A stretch of DNA of 60,371 nt, taken from assembly GCA_964584035.1 (NCBI GenBank), contig CAZOYL010000001.1:1-60371 (forward strand), in the 5' to 3' direction. The position numbers and the translations under genes were made by a program. The notes beneath the pieces were generated by a model. That model was not told where the DNA came from and made no database searches. It saw only the letters and a list, made by a program, of their open reading frames with translations. Of the stretch, positions 27,669-37,212 are shown in pieces. How positions within the stretch are numbered: the first letter of the stretch is position 1; every line of letters starts with the position of its first letter. The DNA comes from an uncultured Gemmatimonadota bacterium. Lineage in GTDB: Bacteria > SM23-81.

Positions 27669-29237
27669 ATGCCCAGACAGCTGCTCTTAAAAAAAGCCGA
27701 TCTCTTTCCCCTGGGGGAGTTTCCTCCGGGAGCCGATGCTCTGTTGATCCAGGACGGCCGGATCATCTCTTTAGGAAGAACCCGTGAGTTGGCCAAAGCC
27801 CTGGGCCCGGCGGCCCGGGTGATCGATCTCAAGGGCCGGACGGTACTGCCGGGATTCATCGACAGCCATGTTCATCTGGCCGAAACGGGTCTCTTGCGGC
27901 AGGGAGTGGATCTCAGCACGGCCGAGCATATCGATCAGGTGCTGGAGATGATCTCCGGCGCGTTTCCCGGTCGCATCCATCAGGGGTTCTTCCGGGCTCA
28001 CAGTTTCGATCCTGATCTGATGCCATCAGGTCGGTACCCCACCCGGCAGGAGCTGGATGCCATCTCGTCCCGCGTGCCCATCTTCGTCCTCAGACGGGAT
28101 GGGCACTCCTGTGTGGTGAACACCGCTTTTTTACAGCACTGTGAATTGACTCCGAGGACCTCCGGGCTGGAGATCGATTCCCGAACCGGACGACCCACCG
28201 GAACCCTGAGAGCTCAGGCCCTGGAGCGAGCCCGGGCGTGCCGTAACCGTCTGCTGGGGGAGGAAGATCGCCGGGAGGCCATACGGGATGCCTGCCGGCA
28301 GGCGGTCCGGCGAGGCGTGACCACCCTGCACGCCGTCTGCGGCCGCATCGAGGACGTCGATTTGCTGGATCGCATGGCCGGAGAGCTTCCCGTAGAGGTA
28401 GTGCCATATCCCAATACCACCGATGTAGAGACCGTCACCGCTCGGGGATGGCCCCGAATCGGCGGCGATATCCTGGTGGACGGATCTCTGGGATCGCACA
28501 CGGCGGCTCTTCTGGAGCCCTACGCCGATCGGCCGGGGGAACGAGGCCGGCTGTATCTCACTCGGCGGCAGCTGGCCGATCTCATCGGACCGGCGCATGC
28601 CGCCGGCCTGCAGGCGTCCCTGCATGCCATCGGGGACCGGGCCGTGGCGGAGCTTCTGGCGGCTTTGGAAAAGGTTCTGGAAGCCTATCCCCGAGGGAAT
28701 CACCGTCATCGTATCGAGCACGCCGAGCTGTTGCATGACGATCAGATCGAGCGCATCGCCAGGCTGGGTGTCGTCCTGGCCGTACAGCCGGCCTTCGAGA
28801 CCTTCTGGGGAGGGCCCGGGGGCATGTACGCCAGCCGTCTGGGACCGGAACGGATTCGGAGAACCAATCCTTTTCGAGAGCTGCTCGATGCCGGGATCGT
28901 TCTTGCCGGAGGCTCCGATTCCCCGATCACGCCCATCGATCCCCTGGCCGGCATGGCCGCCGCGGTCGGACACTCCAATCGGCGGCATCGTCTCTCGGTT
29001 ATGGAGGCGGCGCATCTGTTTACCGCCGGCGGCGCGATGGCATCCTTCCAGGAGGATGACAGGGGCCTTCTCCAAGAAGGCTGGCGGGCCGATCTGGTGG
29101 TCCTGTCCCGGGATCCCAGACGAGTGCCTGTGGAGGAAATGGGGCGTATTCCCATCCATATGGTCATCTGCGGCGGCCGGATCGTGGTCGCCGAGCACGA
29201 CCAGAAGGATCCCTCAGGATCGGCGAAGAAAAAGTAA
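27669..29237 (+). CDS. Amidohydrolase-3 family metal-dependent hydrolase (YtcJ-like)
   Basis: VLPGFIDSHVHL metal motif, with HAIGD and GSDSP motifs. Confidence 0.7.
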   Translation: MPRQLLLKKADLFPLGEFPPGADALLIQDGRIISLGRTRELAKALGPAARVIDLKGRTVLPGFIDSHVHLAETGLLRQGVDLSTAEHIDQVLEMISGAFPGRIHQGFFRAHSFDPDLMPSGRYPTRQELDAISSRVPIFVLRRDGHSCVVNTAFLQHCELTPRTSGLEIDSRTGRPTGTLRAQALERARACRNRLLGEEDRREAIRDACRQAVRRGVTTLHAVCGRIEDVDLLDRMAGELPVEVVPYPNTTDVETVTARGWPRIGGDILVDGSLGSHTAALLEPYADRPGERGRLYLTRRQLADLIGPAHAAGLQASLHAIGDRAVAELLAALEKVLEAYPRGNHRHRIEHAELLHDDQIERIARLGVVLAVQPAFETFWGGPGGMYASRLGPERIRRTNPFRELLDAGIVLAGGSDSPITPIDPLAGMAAAVGHSNRRHRLSVMEAAHLFTAGGAMASFQEDDRGLLQEGWRADLVVLSRDPRRVPVEEMGRIPIHMVICGGRIVVAEHDQKDPSGSAKKK

Positions 29238-29297
29238 TTGCATTACCTTGGGAGAATGGATATTTTAAGTTTTCCACTCAACCTGGGGAAGAGCAGC

Positions 29298-30902
29298 ATG
29301 AAAGGTAGCGTCATCGATTGGTATTGGCGGCGCCTGGCCCCGTTGTTTTCTGCCGTGCTCCTGTCGATCATTCTGATGGGCTGCGGCGGCCGTCAGGGAT
29401 CCGACGGAAAGGTCTACCGGACCTATCTCAGTGCCGATCCCACAGCACTGGACCCGGCTCTGTCCAACGATGCCGGCAGCGGAGAGCTGTGCGCTTTGCT
29501 CTATGATGGTCTGGTGCGTTTCGACCACCACACGGAGATCCTGCCGGATATCGCTGAGAGCTGGGAGATCGGCCCGGACAGCCGCACTTATACCTTTCAT
29601 CTGCGTTCCGGGGTTCGGTTCACCAACGGGCGGGAGGTGACCGCCGAGGATGTCAGATATTCCTTTCAGCGGGTGCTGGACCCGGCGACGCGATCGTCGC
29701 GGGGTTGGGTTTTCGAGCCCATCGCCGGTGCCCGGGCCTTCGCCGCCGGAGCGGCCGACGATGTATCCGGCATCCGGGTGATCGATCGACTCACCGTGGA
29801 AATTACCCTGGAGGAGCCCTTTGCCCCCTTTTTGGGATTTCTGGCCATGCCGGCCGCCCTGGTGGTCCCCAGGGAGGAGATCGAGCGCTGGGGCCAGGAT
29901 TTCTCCGAGCATCCCACCGGAACAGGCCCCTGGATATTGGATCAGTGGGTCCACGACGATCACCTGCTGCTGCGGGTCAATAAGGATTATTTCGGCGCCC
30001 GCCCAAAGCTCTCGCGGGTCAGCTACCGCATCATTCCGGAAACCATGACGGTCACGGCCGAGTTCGAGTCCGGCAATCTGGATTGGATGAGCATTCCCTC
30101 GGCGGAGTTCGAGCGCTGGACAGAAGATCCCCGGTGGCAGCCCGCCATCCTCTCCCAGTTGAAGCTGCAGGACACCTATATCGGGATCAACAATCAGAAA
30201 CCGCCCTTCGACGACGTCCGTGTGCGGCAAGCTCTTAATTACGCCGTCGACGTCGCCACCATCATGGAAACCATTCGGCCGGGCCGGGGCGTCCGGGCCA
30301 ACGGGGCCATTCCTCCGGGGCTGCCGGGATCCGATCCCGACCGGCCGCCCTATCCCTATGATCCTGACCGGGCCCGCCGGCTGCTGGCGGAGGCCGGATT
30401 CCCGGACGGTTTCCGGATGGAGATCTGGAAGATGCAAAGTCCCGAGGTGGCCCGCATCCTGGAGGCCGTCCAGGCCTATTTGGCCGATGTCGGCATTCGG
30501 GCCGAGATCGTCAGCCGGGATTGGGGCATGCTCAAACAGGCCATAAACATGGGAGAGCCGGACGCCTATTATATGACCTGGCTGGCCGATTATCCCGATG
30601 GCGAGAACTTTCTCTATCCAACGTTCCACTCCTCCAACTGGGGTGGCGGCGGAAACCGAGCACGATACAGAAACCAGCAGGTCGATGAACTCATCGATCG
30701 GTCCCGCTCCGTTCTGGACGATGAGGAAAGGACGCAACTGTATCGTACTATCGATGGGATCGTCCACCGTGAGGCCGCCTGGCTCTATCTGTGGTATCCC
30801 AAGATCTTCGTGGTCCACCAGCCATGGGTCAAGAATTTCCGTCAGCATCTCATGTTCAACGCCGACAAGCTTCTGGACGTGGACATCGGTGAGGGCTCCT
30901 GA
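29298..30902 (+). CDS. ABC transporter family-5 substrate-binding lipoprotein (peptide/nickel, DppA/OppA-like)
   Basis: Lipobox LMGCGG after a signal peptide, and the family-5 pattern (YTFHLRSGVRFTNG). Confidence 0.8.
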   Translation: MKGSVIDWYWRRLAPLFSAVLLSIILMGCGGRQGSDGKVYRTYLSADPTALDPALSNDAGSGELCALLYDGLVRFDHHTEILPDIAESWEIGPDSRTYTFHLRSGVRFTNGREVTAEDVRYSFQRVLDPATRSSRGWVFEPIAGARAFAAGAADDVSGIRVIDRLTVEITLEEPFAPFLGFLAMPAALVVPREEIERWGQDFSEHPTGTGPWILDQWVHDDHLLLRVNKDYFGARPKLSRVSYRIIPETMTVTAEFESGNLDWMSIPSAEFERWTEDPRWQPAILSQLKLQDTYIGINNQKPPFDDVRVRQALNYAVDVATIMETIRPGRGVRANGAIPPGLPGSDPDRPPYPYDPDRARRLLAEAGFPDGFRMEIWKMQSPEVARILEAVQAYLADVGIRAEIVSRDWGMLKQAINMGEPDAYYMTWLADYPDGENFLYPTFHSSNWGGGGNRARYRNQQVDELIDRSRSVLDDEERTQLYRTIDGIVHREAAWLYLWYPKIFVVHQPWVKNFRQHLMFNADKLLDVDIGEGS

Positions 30903-30932
30903 GGTTTTTTAGGCGCCGGAAGGAAAGGTCTC

Positions 30933-31859
30933 ATGACTGAATACCTCATCCGGAGGATTCTCCTGGTCATACCGGTCCTGTTCGGCGTCACCCTGGTCAC
31001 CTTCGTCCTGATGTACGTAGTGCCGGGCGATCCGGTGCTCAGTATGGTCGGCGAACGGTACGATACGGAGACCCTGGAGAGCCTCCGAGCCGAGCTGCAT
31101 CTCGACGATCCCCTGCCGGTCCAGTATCTCCGCTATATCGGGGGAGTCCTCCGGGGTGATCTGGGCCGGTCATTTATCACCAAGCGTCCGGTGTTGGAGT
31201 CGATCGCCGAAAAATTCCCCAATACTCTGCGGCTGGCCTTTTCCGCCATGCTGGTGGCCACCGTTATCGGACTGGTGGTCGGCATCATCTCAGCAGTGAG
31301 ACCCTATTCCGTATGGGACCGTCTCAGCATGACGTTCGCCCTGGCGGGCATCTCGGTGCCGGTTTTTTGGGTCGGGCTGATCCTCATCCTGGTGGTGGCC
31401 GTTCAATTCAAGTTGCTGCCGCCGTCTGGTTTCGGCGGCGGGAATATCAAGTATCTGATTCTCCCGGCGATCACGCTGGGAACCCGGTCGGCCGCCTTCA
31501 TCGCCCGCATGACCCGAGCCAATATGCTGGAGGTGATTCATGAGGACTATATCCGCACGGCGCGGGCCAAGGGCCTCAGGGAGTTCTGGGTGATCAACAA
31601 GCATGCCCTGCGAAATGTCCTCATCCCCATCATCACCGTTCTGGGCATGGATTTCGGCAGCTATCTGTCCGGTTCGGTCCTGACCGAGTCGATCTTCGGC
31701 TGGCCGGGACTGGGCCGATTTACCCTGCAGGCCATTCTCAAGCGGGATTTCCCCGTCATTCAGGGTGCCGTGCTGTTCATGGCGGTGATCTTCGTCACCG
31801 TCAATCTGGCCGTGGACCTGCTCTATAGTGTCCTGGATCCGCGCATTCGCTATCGTTAG
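30933..31859 (+). CDS. Peptide ABC transporter permease (DppB/OppB-like)
   Basis: The start MTEYLIRRILLVIPVLFGVTLVTFVLM and the EDYIRTARAKG EAA-loop motif. Confidence 0.85.
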   Translation: MTEYLIRRILLVIPVLFGVTLVTFVLMYVVPGDPVLSMVGERYDTETLESLRAELHLDDPLPVQYLRYIGGVLRGDLGRSFITKRPVLESIAEKFPNTLRLAFSAMLVATVIGLVVGIISAVRPYSVWDRLSMTFALAGISVPVFWVGLILILVVAVQFKLLPPSGFGGGNIKYLILPAITLGTRSAAFIARMTRANMLEVIHEDYIRTARAKGLREFWVINKHALRNVLIPIITVLGMDFGSYLSGSVLTESIFGWPGLGRFTLQAILKRDFPVIQGAVLFMAVIFVTVNLAVDLLYSVLDPRIRYR

Positions 31860-31882
31860 AGCTAGAGCTGGACAGGGGCTCT

Positions 31883-32767
31883 ATGAGTGCCGATACAGAA
31901 AAGAAAGCTGTCCGGGATCGCCTCGGCGGCGGACCCTGGACCGAGGCCTGGCGGCGCCTGCGGCGTAACCGCATGGCCATGTTCGGCATGGGGATCGTGG
32001 TCAGCCTCATTCTGGTGGGTCTGCTGGCCAGCCTCCTGGCTCCTCATGATCCCTATCGCATCGATCTGCAGAACCGGCTGCAGCCGCCCTCCCGGGCCCA
32101 CCTGTTCGGAACCGATGATTTCGGCCGGGACATCTTCAGCCGGACCCTGTATGGCGCCCGTATCTCTCTCGAGGTGGGCATTCTGTCGCGCTCGGTGGCC
32201 CTCAGCCTGGGGATCTTGCTGGGCGTGCTGGCCGGTTATTTCGGCGGCAGGCTGGACCAGACCATCATGCGGATGACCGATGTGATGTTTGCCTTTCCGG
32301 CGCTGCTGTTTCTGATCGGCATCACCGCTGCGCTCAAGCCCGGTTTGACCACCCTGTTCATCGCCATCGGCCTGGTCGGCTGGGCTCCCATGGCACGGCT
32401 GATGCGGGCTCAGGTTCTGACCACAAAGGAAAACGACTACATCCTTGCCGCCCGGGCTATCGGTCTGAACGCCGGCCGGATCGTCAGCCGGCATCTGTTT
32501 CCCAATTGCCTGGCGCCGGTGATTATCTCCTTCTCCATGGGTATGGCCGCAGCCATCATGGCCGAGGCCTCACTGTCCTTTATCGGCCTGGGGGCGCAGC
32601 CGCCCACGCCCAGCTGGGGCTCGATGATCAGCCTGGGCCGGGACTACCTGCGCACCGCCCCCTGGTTGACCGTCTACCCGGGAATCGCCATCGGGATGAC
32701 GGTGCTTGGATTCAATTTGCTGGGGGATGGGTTGAGAGATGCGCTGGATCCCAAGATGAAGGTGTGA
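31883..32767 (+). CDS. Peptide ABC transporter permease (DppC/OppC-like)
   Basis: LLGTDDFGRDIFSR and YILAARAIG motifs. Confidence 0.85.
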   Translation: MSADTEKKAVRDRLGGGPWTEAWRRLRRNRMAMFGMGIVVSLILVGLLASLLAPHDPYRIDLQNRLQPPSRAHLFGTDDFGRDIFSRTLYGARISLEVGILSRSVALSLGILLGVLAGYFGGRLDQTIMRMTDVMFAFPALLFLIGITAALKPGLTTLFIAIGLVGWAPMARLMRAQVLTTKENDYILAARAIGLNAGRIVSRHLFPNCLAPVIISFSMGMAAAIMAEASLSFIGLGAQPPTPSWGSMISLGRDYLRTAPWLTVYPGIAIGMTVLGFNLLGDGLRDALDPKMKV

Positions 32768-32838
32768 GAAAACCGTCGATCGTTCGGCAGGAATCATATT
32801 TCAGGGAATAACGTTAACAGCAATACATAACAAAATAC

Positions 32839-33906
32839 ATGAAGGGTAAACAGGAGCACAAAAGCATCGACCCCGGATCATTACCGCCAGAGGTGATCTC
32901 AAGAATGGCATCTCCATCGGCCGCATCTCCTATCCTGGGCATCGACCTGGGCGGCACCAAGATCGAAATCTCCTGCGTCCGGCTGAACGGCCGGGAGCTG
33001 GCCCGGAAGCGGATCCCCACCCGGCCGGAGGATGGGCCGGAGAAGGGCCTGGAGCGCATCCTGAACACGGCCGGGGAGGTCCTGAACACGGCCCGGGTGG
33101 CTACGGTCGAGCTGGCCGCCGTGGGATTGAGCATCCCCGGGCCCTGGGATCATCAGGCGGGGACGTTTCTCAAACTGCCGAATCTCTCCAGCTGGTCGGG
33201 ATTTCCCGTTCGCCACTATCTTGAGGATCGTTTCTCGATTCCTATTTATATGGACAACGATGCCAACGCCGCTGCCCTGGCCGAATGGAAGTTCGGAGCC
33301 GGCCGGGGCTGCAGCGATCTGATCTATCTGACCATGAGCACCGGCATCGGCGGCGGGCTGATCCTGGATGGACGACTGTACCGGGGCAGGAACTTCAACG
33401 CCGGTGAGGTGGGCCATCAGGTCATCGTGCCGGGGGGGGCGATGTGCGGGTGCGGTTTACCGGGGCACCTGGAGGGGTTGTGCAGCGGTTCGGGATTGGC
33501 CCGCCGCCTGCGCCAGACGGTCACCGCCGAGAACTCGGCCATGTGGCAGATGGCCGGGGGCGATCCGGCCAACCTTTCAGCCGAGATTCTGATAGCGGCC
33601 GTCCGCCGGGGGGACGCCCTGGCCAACGAGTTTTTCCAGCAGACCCTGGACGAGCTGTCCACCGGGCTGGCCAATATCATCTTCATCCTCAACCCGGAGA
33701 TGATCATCCTGGGCACCATCGTGGCCAAGAATCCGGATCTCTATCTCGAGCCGCTGAACCGTCTGGTACGCCGGAAGGTCTGGGATGTCTTCACCTCGGA
33801 TCTGCGCATCGTCGCCGCTCAGCTGGTCGACCGGATCGGCCTGTTCGCGCCGCTGGCATTGGTCCTGGATGCCCTGGATCTCGAACCAGAGGAGGTGAAT
33901 ACGTGA
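32839..33906 (+). CDS. ROK-family sugar kinase (glucokinase/GlcNAc-kinase-like)
   Basis: GIDLGGTKI and the zinc motif CGCGLPGHLE. The start could be ATG 32905 instead. Confidence 0.75.
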   Translation: MKGKQEHKSIDPGSLPPEVISRMASPSAASPILGIDLGGTKIEISCVRLNGRELARKRIPTRPEDGPEKGLERILNTAGEVLNTARVATVELAAVGLSIPGPWDHQAGTFLKLPNLSSWSGFPVRHYLEDRFSIPIYMDNDANAAALAEWKFGAGRGCSDLIYLTMSTGIGGGLILDGRLYRGRNFNAGEVGHQVIVPGGAMCGCGLPGHLEGLCSGSGLARRLRQTVTAENSAMWQMAGGDPANLSAEILIAAVRRGDALANEFFQQTLDELSTGLANIIFILNPEMIILGTIVAKNPDLYLEPLNRLVRRKVWDVFTSDLRIVAAQLVDRIGLFAPLALVLDALDLEPEEVNT

Positions 33907-34706
33907 GAGTTTTCATTTCTGTCGACATGGAGGGACTGGCCGGTGTGGTGGGGGACGAACAGCGCAGCCGCAAAGGCCAGGATTATCAGGCGGCCCGGCG
34001 ATGGATGGCCCAGGAGGTCAATGCCGTCATCGAGGGGGCTCTGGAAGCCGGCGCCACCGAGTTCGTGGTCAACGACGCTCATGCCGCAGGCATCAACCTG
34101 GCCCTGCCGGACCTGCACGAGCGGGCGGACCTGATCGGCGGAGCCAACCGGCCTTTGAGCATGATGGAGGGCATCCAGGAGGGTTTCGATGCCGCCATCT
34201 TCGTCGGGTATCATGCCATGCGCGGTACCCGGGACGCCTGCATGGATCACACCTACTCCGAGGCCAAGGTGGCCGAGCTGCGCTTCAACGGGACTCCTTA
34301 CGGTGAGATCGGGATCAATGCACGAGTGGCCGGCCACTTCGGGATACCGGTGGTGCTGGTCAGCGGGGATGATAAGACGGCCGCTGAGACAGCGGCTTTC
34401 CTGGGCGATGCGGAAACCGTCGTGGTGAAGAAGGCCATCGGACGGCATGCCGCCCGAAGCATCGGCCAGGAGCGTGTCCATCGGCTCCTGCGGGAGGGAG
34501 CCCGGAAGGCCCTCACGGATCTCTCCCGGTTCAAGCCCCTGGTCCTGCCACCGCCCATCGAGATGGAGCTGGAATTTGTCGGCACGGAGCAGGCCGACCG
34601 GGCTCAGCTGCTGCCCGGCACCGAACGAACCGGACCCAGAACGATCGCCGCCCGGGGATCAAATTACCTGGAGCTTTTTCGGCTGTTTCTATTCATGCTG
34701 CGCTAG
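33903..34706 (+). CDS. M55 D-aminopeptidase (B. subtilis DppA-type)
   Basis: VFISVDMEGLAGV...VNDAHA...VGYHA...VSGDD is collinear with B. subtilis DppA. The GTG start overlaps the ROK stop (GTGA). ORF-track start 33444 is an out-of-context extension. Confidence 0.8.
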   Translation: MRVFISVDMEGLAGVVGDEQRSRKGQDYQAARRWMAQEVNAVIEGALEAGATEFVVNDAHAAGINLALPDLHERADLIGGANRPLSMMEGIQEGFDAAIFVGYHAMRGTRDACMDHTYSEAKVAELRFNGTPYGEIGINARVAGHFGIPVVLVSGDDKTAAETAAFLGDAETVVVKKAIGRHAARSIGQERVHRLLREGARKALTDLSRFKPLVLPPPIEMELEFVGTEQADRAQLLPGTERTGPRTIAARGSNYLELFRLFLFMLR

Positions 34707-34714
34707 GGGCCGTC

Positions 34715-35341
34715 ATGCTGCGATTGGCCGTGCTGGCCTCTGGAGGGGGCACCAACCTGCAGGCCATCATCGACGCTTCCGAGAGCGGAGAGATCGATGC
34801 CCGGGTGGTGGTGGTGATCAGCAACAACAGCGCCGCCGGGGCGCTGGAGCGGGCCCGGCGGCATCATATCGAGGCTCTCCATCTGTCCGCGCGGCAGTTC
34901 GCCAGCGGGGAGAAATTCGACCGCGCCCTGCTGGAGATTCTGAAAGAGCGGCGGGTGGATCTGATCATTCTGGCTGGCTATACGAAGCTGCTCAGCCCGA
35001 CCGTGGTTCGAGCCCACCGCCACCGCATTTTGAACATCCATCCCGCTCTGCTGCCGGCTTTCGGCGGCCCGGGAATGTACGGCATCCGGGTCCACCAGGC
35101 CGTCATCGCATCCGGGGCTCGCTATAGCGGGGTGACCGTTCATCTGGTCGATGAGCAGTACGATCACGGTCCCATTGTGGCTCAGCGGGTCGTGCCCGTG
35201 GGAAACGATGATACACCTGAGAGGCTGGCCGAGAGGGTCCTGGTGCAGGAGCACCAGATCTATAAGGAGGTCGTGCAGCTGTTCGCCCAGGGCCGGGTCC
35301 GGGTGGAGGGTCGGTGCGTGCGTCTGCTGCCGGCATCTTAA
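34715..35341 (+). CDS. purN: Phosphoribosylglycinamide formyltransferase
   Basis: LAVLASGGGTNLQAII and NIHPALLPAFGG motifs. Confidence 0.9.
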   Translation: MLRLAVLASGGGTNLQAIIDASESGEIDARVVVVISNNSAAGALERARRHHIEALHLSARQFASGEKFDRALLEILKERRVDLIILAGYTKLLSPTVVRAHRHRILNIHPALLPAFGGPGMYGIRVHQAVIASGARYSGVTVHLVDEQYDHGPIVAQRVVPVGNDDTPERLAERVLVQEHQIYKEVVQLFAQGRVRVEGRCVRLLPAS

Positions 35342-35443
35342 AACCCGGGGAACAGGACAGAATGTGCGGCCAAGGCCGGGGAAGGCCGCCCAGGGTGGGG
35401 AAGGGCTGGAATAGAGGGTTGCTACAGAAAGAAGGGAGGATGC

Positions 35444-37171
35444 ATGGCCAGAGCCCTGCTGTCGGGCAATGAGGCGGTGGCCCGGGGGGCCTATGAGGCC
35501 GGATGTCGATTTGCCGCCGCCTATCCGGGTACTCCCAGCACCGAGATACTGGAGAACATCGCCGGCTATCGGCCCATCGACGCCCAGTGGTCGCCCAATG
35601 AGAAAGTCGCCTTCGAGGTGGCCATGGGCGCCTCGTTCGGCGGCGTCCGGACTCTGGTAGCGATGAAACACGTCGGACTGAATGTGGCCGCCGATCCCCT
35701 GTTCACCTCGTCATATGTGGGCGTCAATGGCGGGTTCGTCATCGTTACGGCGGACGATCCCGGGATGCACAGTTCTCAGAATGAACAGGATAACCGGCGG
35801 TATGCCAAGTTCGCCAAACTGCCCTGTCTGGAGCCGTCCGACAGCCAGGAGGCCAAGGAGTTCACGGTCCGGGCTTTTGAGATCAGCGAACAGTTCGACA
35901 CTCCCGTTCTGCTGCATCTCACCACCCGGATCTGTCATTCCAAAGGCGTGGTCACCCTGGGCCGGCGTCAGCGCATCCGGACCAAACGGTATCAAAAGGA
36001 TGCGCGTAAGCGGCTGATTATCCCGGCCCACGCCCGGGTGCGGCACTCGGTGGTGGAGAGAAGATTGAAGGACCTGGAACGGTTTTCCAGCCGAACGACC
36101 CTTAACCGCCTGGAGCGGGGATCCTCCGGTCTCGGGGTGGTGACCAGCGGGGTGGCCTATCAATATGCCAGAGAGGTTTTCCCGGAGGCCAGTTTTTTGA
36201 AGATCGGCCTGTCCTTCCCCTTTCCCCGGCAGCGGGCCAGGCGGTTCGCCCGCGGCGTCGAGAAGATTTTCGTAATAGAGGAAATGGAGCCGGTCCTGGA
36301 AGAGGAGCTGCGTCTGACCGGCATCTCGGTTACCGGCAAGGAACGCATCCCGCTGGAGGGCGAGCTGAATCCCGAGATCGTCCGCCGGGCCTTCTTCGGG
36401 AAGCGCCGCGGCCGTGCGGTTACAGCGGCGAAGGTGGCCCGGCCGCCCGTGCTCTGCCCGGGTTGCCCTCATACCGGTTTATTTTATACCCTGAAACGTC
36501 TCAAGATCGGATCCACCGGGGACATCGGCTGCTACACCCTGGGCGCCCTGGCGCCGCTCAACGCCATGGATACCTGTATCTGCATGGGGGCCAGCATCGG
36601 GAACGCTCTGGGCATGGAGAAGGCCATGGGCCCGGAGGGAGCTCAAAAGATGGTGGCCGTGATCGGTGATTCCACCTTTCTCCATTCGGGCATGACCGGC
36701 CTGCTGGATGTGGTATACAACGGCGGCACAACGACGGTGATCATTCTGGATAACCGTACCACGGCCATGACCGGTCATCAGGAGCATCCCGGCACCGGCC
36801 GCACCCTGAAAGGGAATCCGGCCTCGATGGTGAATCTCAAGGATCTGTGCCTGGCTCTCGGTGTTCATCATGTGGTCGAGGTGGATCCTCACGATCTGAA
36901 AGCGACCCGTCAGGCCGTCAAAGAGGCGGTCGGGAAACGTCAGCCTGCGGTGGTCATCGCGCGCCGTCCCTGTATTTTTTCCCGGGAGGCGGACCGTGCC
37001 GCCGCACCCCTGCAGGTCAATCAGGAGGTCTGCACGGCCTGCGGGATGTGTCTGGAACTGGGTTGTCCCGCCATTCTACGCCAGCCCGACGGGAAAGCTC
37101 AGATTCAGCAATACCTCTGCGTCGGTTGCGGGCTCTGCCGTCAGGTGTGTCCCAGAGGAGCGATCGGCTGA
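35444..37171 (+). CDS. iorA: Indolepyruvate:ferredoxin oxidoreductase alpha subunit
   Basis: LLSGNEAVARGAYEAG...AYPGTPSTEI, a TPP-binding region, and the C-terminal CTACGMC...CVGCGLCRQVCP. Confidence 0.8.
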   Translation: MARALLSGNEAVARGAYEAGCRFAAAYPGTPSTEILENIAGYRPIDAQWSPNEKVAFEVAMGASFGGVRTLVAMKHVGLNVAADPLFTSSYVGVNGGFVIVTADDPGMHSSQNEQDNRRYAKFAKLPCLEPSDSQEAKEFTVRAFEISEQFDTPVLLHLTTRICHSKGVVTLGRRQRIRTKRYQKDARKRLIIPAHARVRHSVVERRLKDLERFSSRTTLNRLERGSSGLGVVTSGVAYQYAREVFPEASFLKIGLSFPFPRQRARRFARGVEKIFVIEEMEPVLEEELRLTGISVTGKERIPLEGELNPEIVRRAFFGKRRGRAVTAAKVARPPVLCPGCPHTGLFYTLKRLKIGSTGDIGCYTLGALAPLNAMDTCICMGASIGNALGMEKAMGPEGAQKMVAVIGDSTFLHSGMTGLLDVVYNGGTTTVIILDNRTTAMTGHQEHPGTGRTLKGNPASMVNLKDLCLALGVHHVVEVDPHDLKATRQAVKEAVGKRQPAVVIARRPCIFSREADRAAAPLQVNQEVCTACGMCLELGCPAILRQPDGKAQIQQYLCVGCGLCRQVCPRGAIG

Positions 37172-37212
37172 TCACCGCGCCCCGCCGAGGAGGCGCAAGA
37201 TGGAGGGAAACT

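Noticed and set aside
29265-30848. Other long antisense ORFs: 29265-30848 (527 aa), 22898-24115 (405 aa), 28131-29198, 15160-16197, 4954-5967, 2426-3397, 41200-42180, 47513-48514 and 45106-46008
   Set aside because: The explanation is the same in-register antisense shadow. Each lies fully inside a + strand gene with strong family signatures. None has an RBS or recognisable domains.
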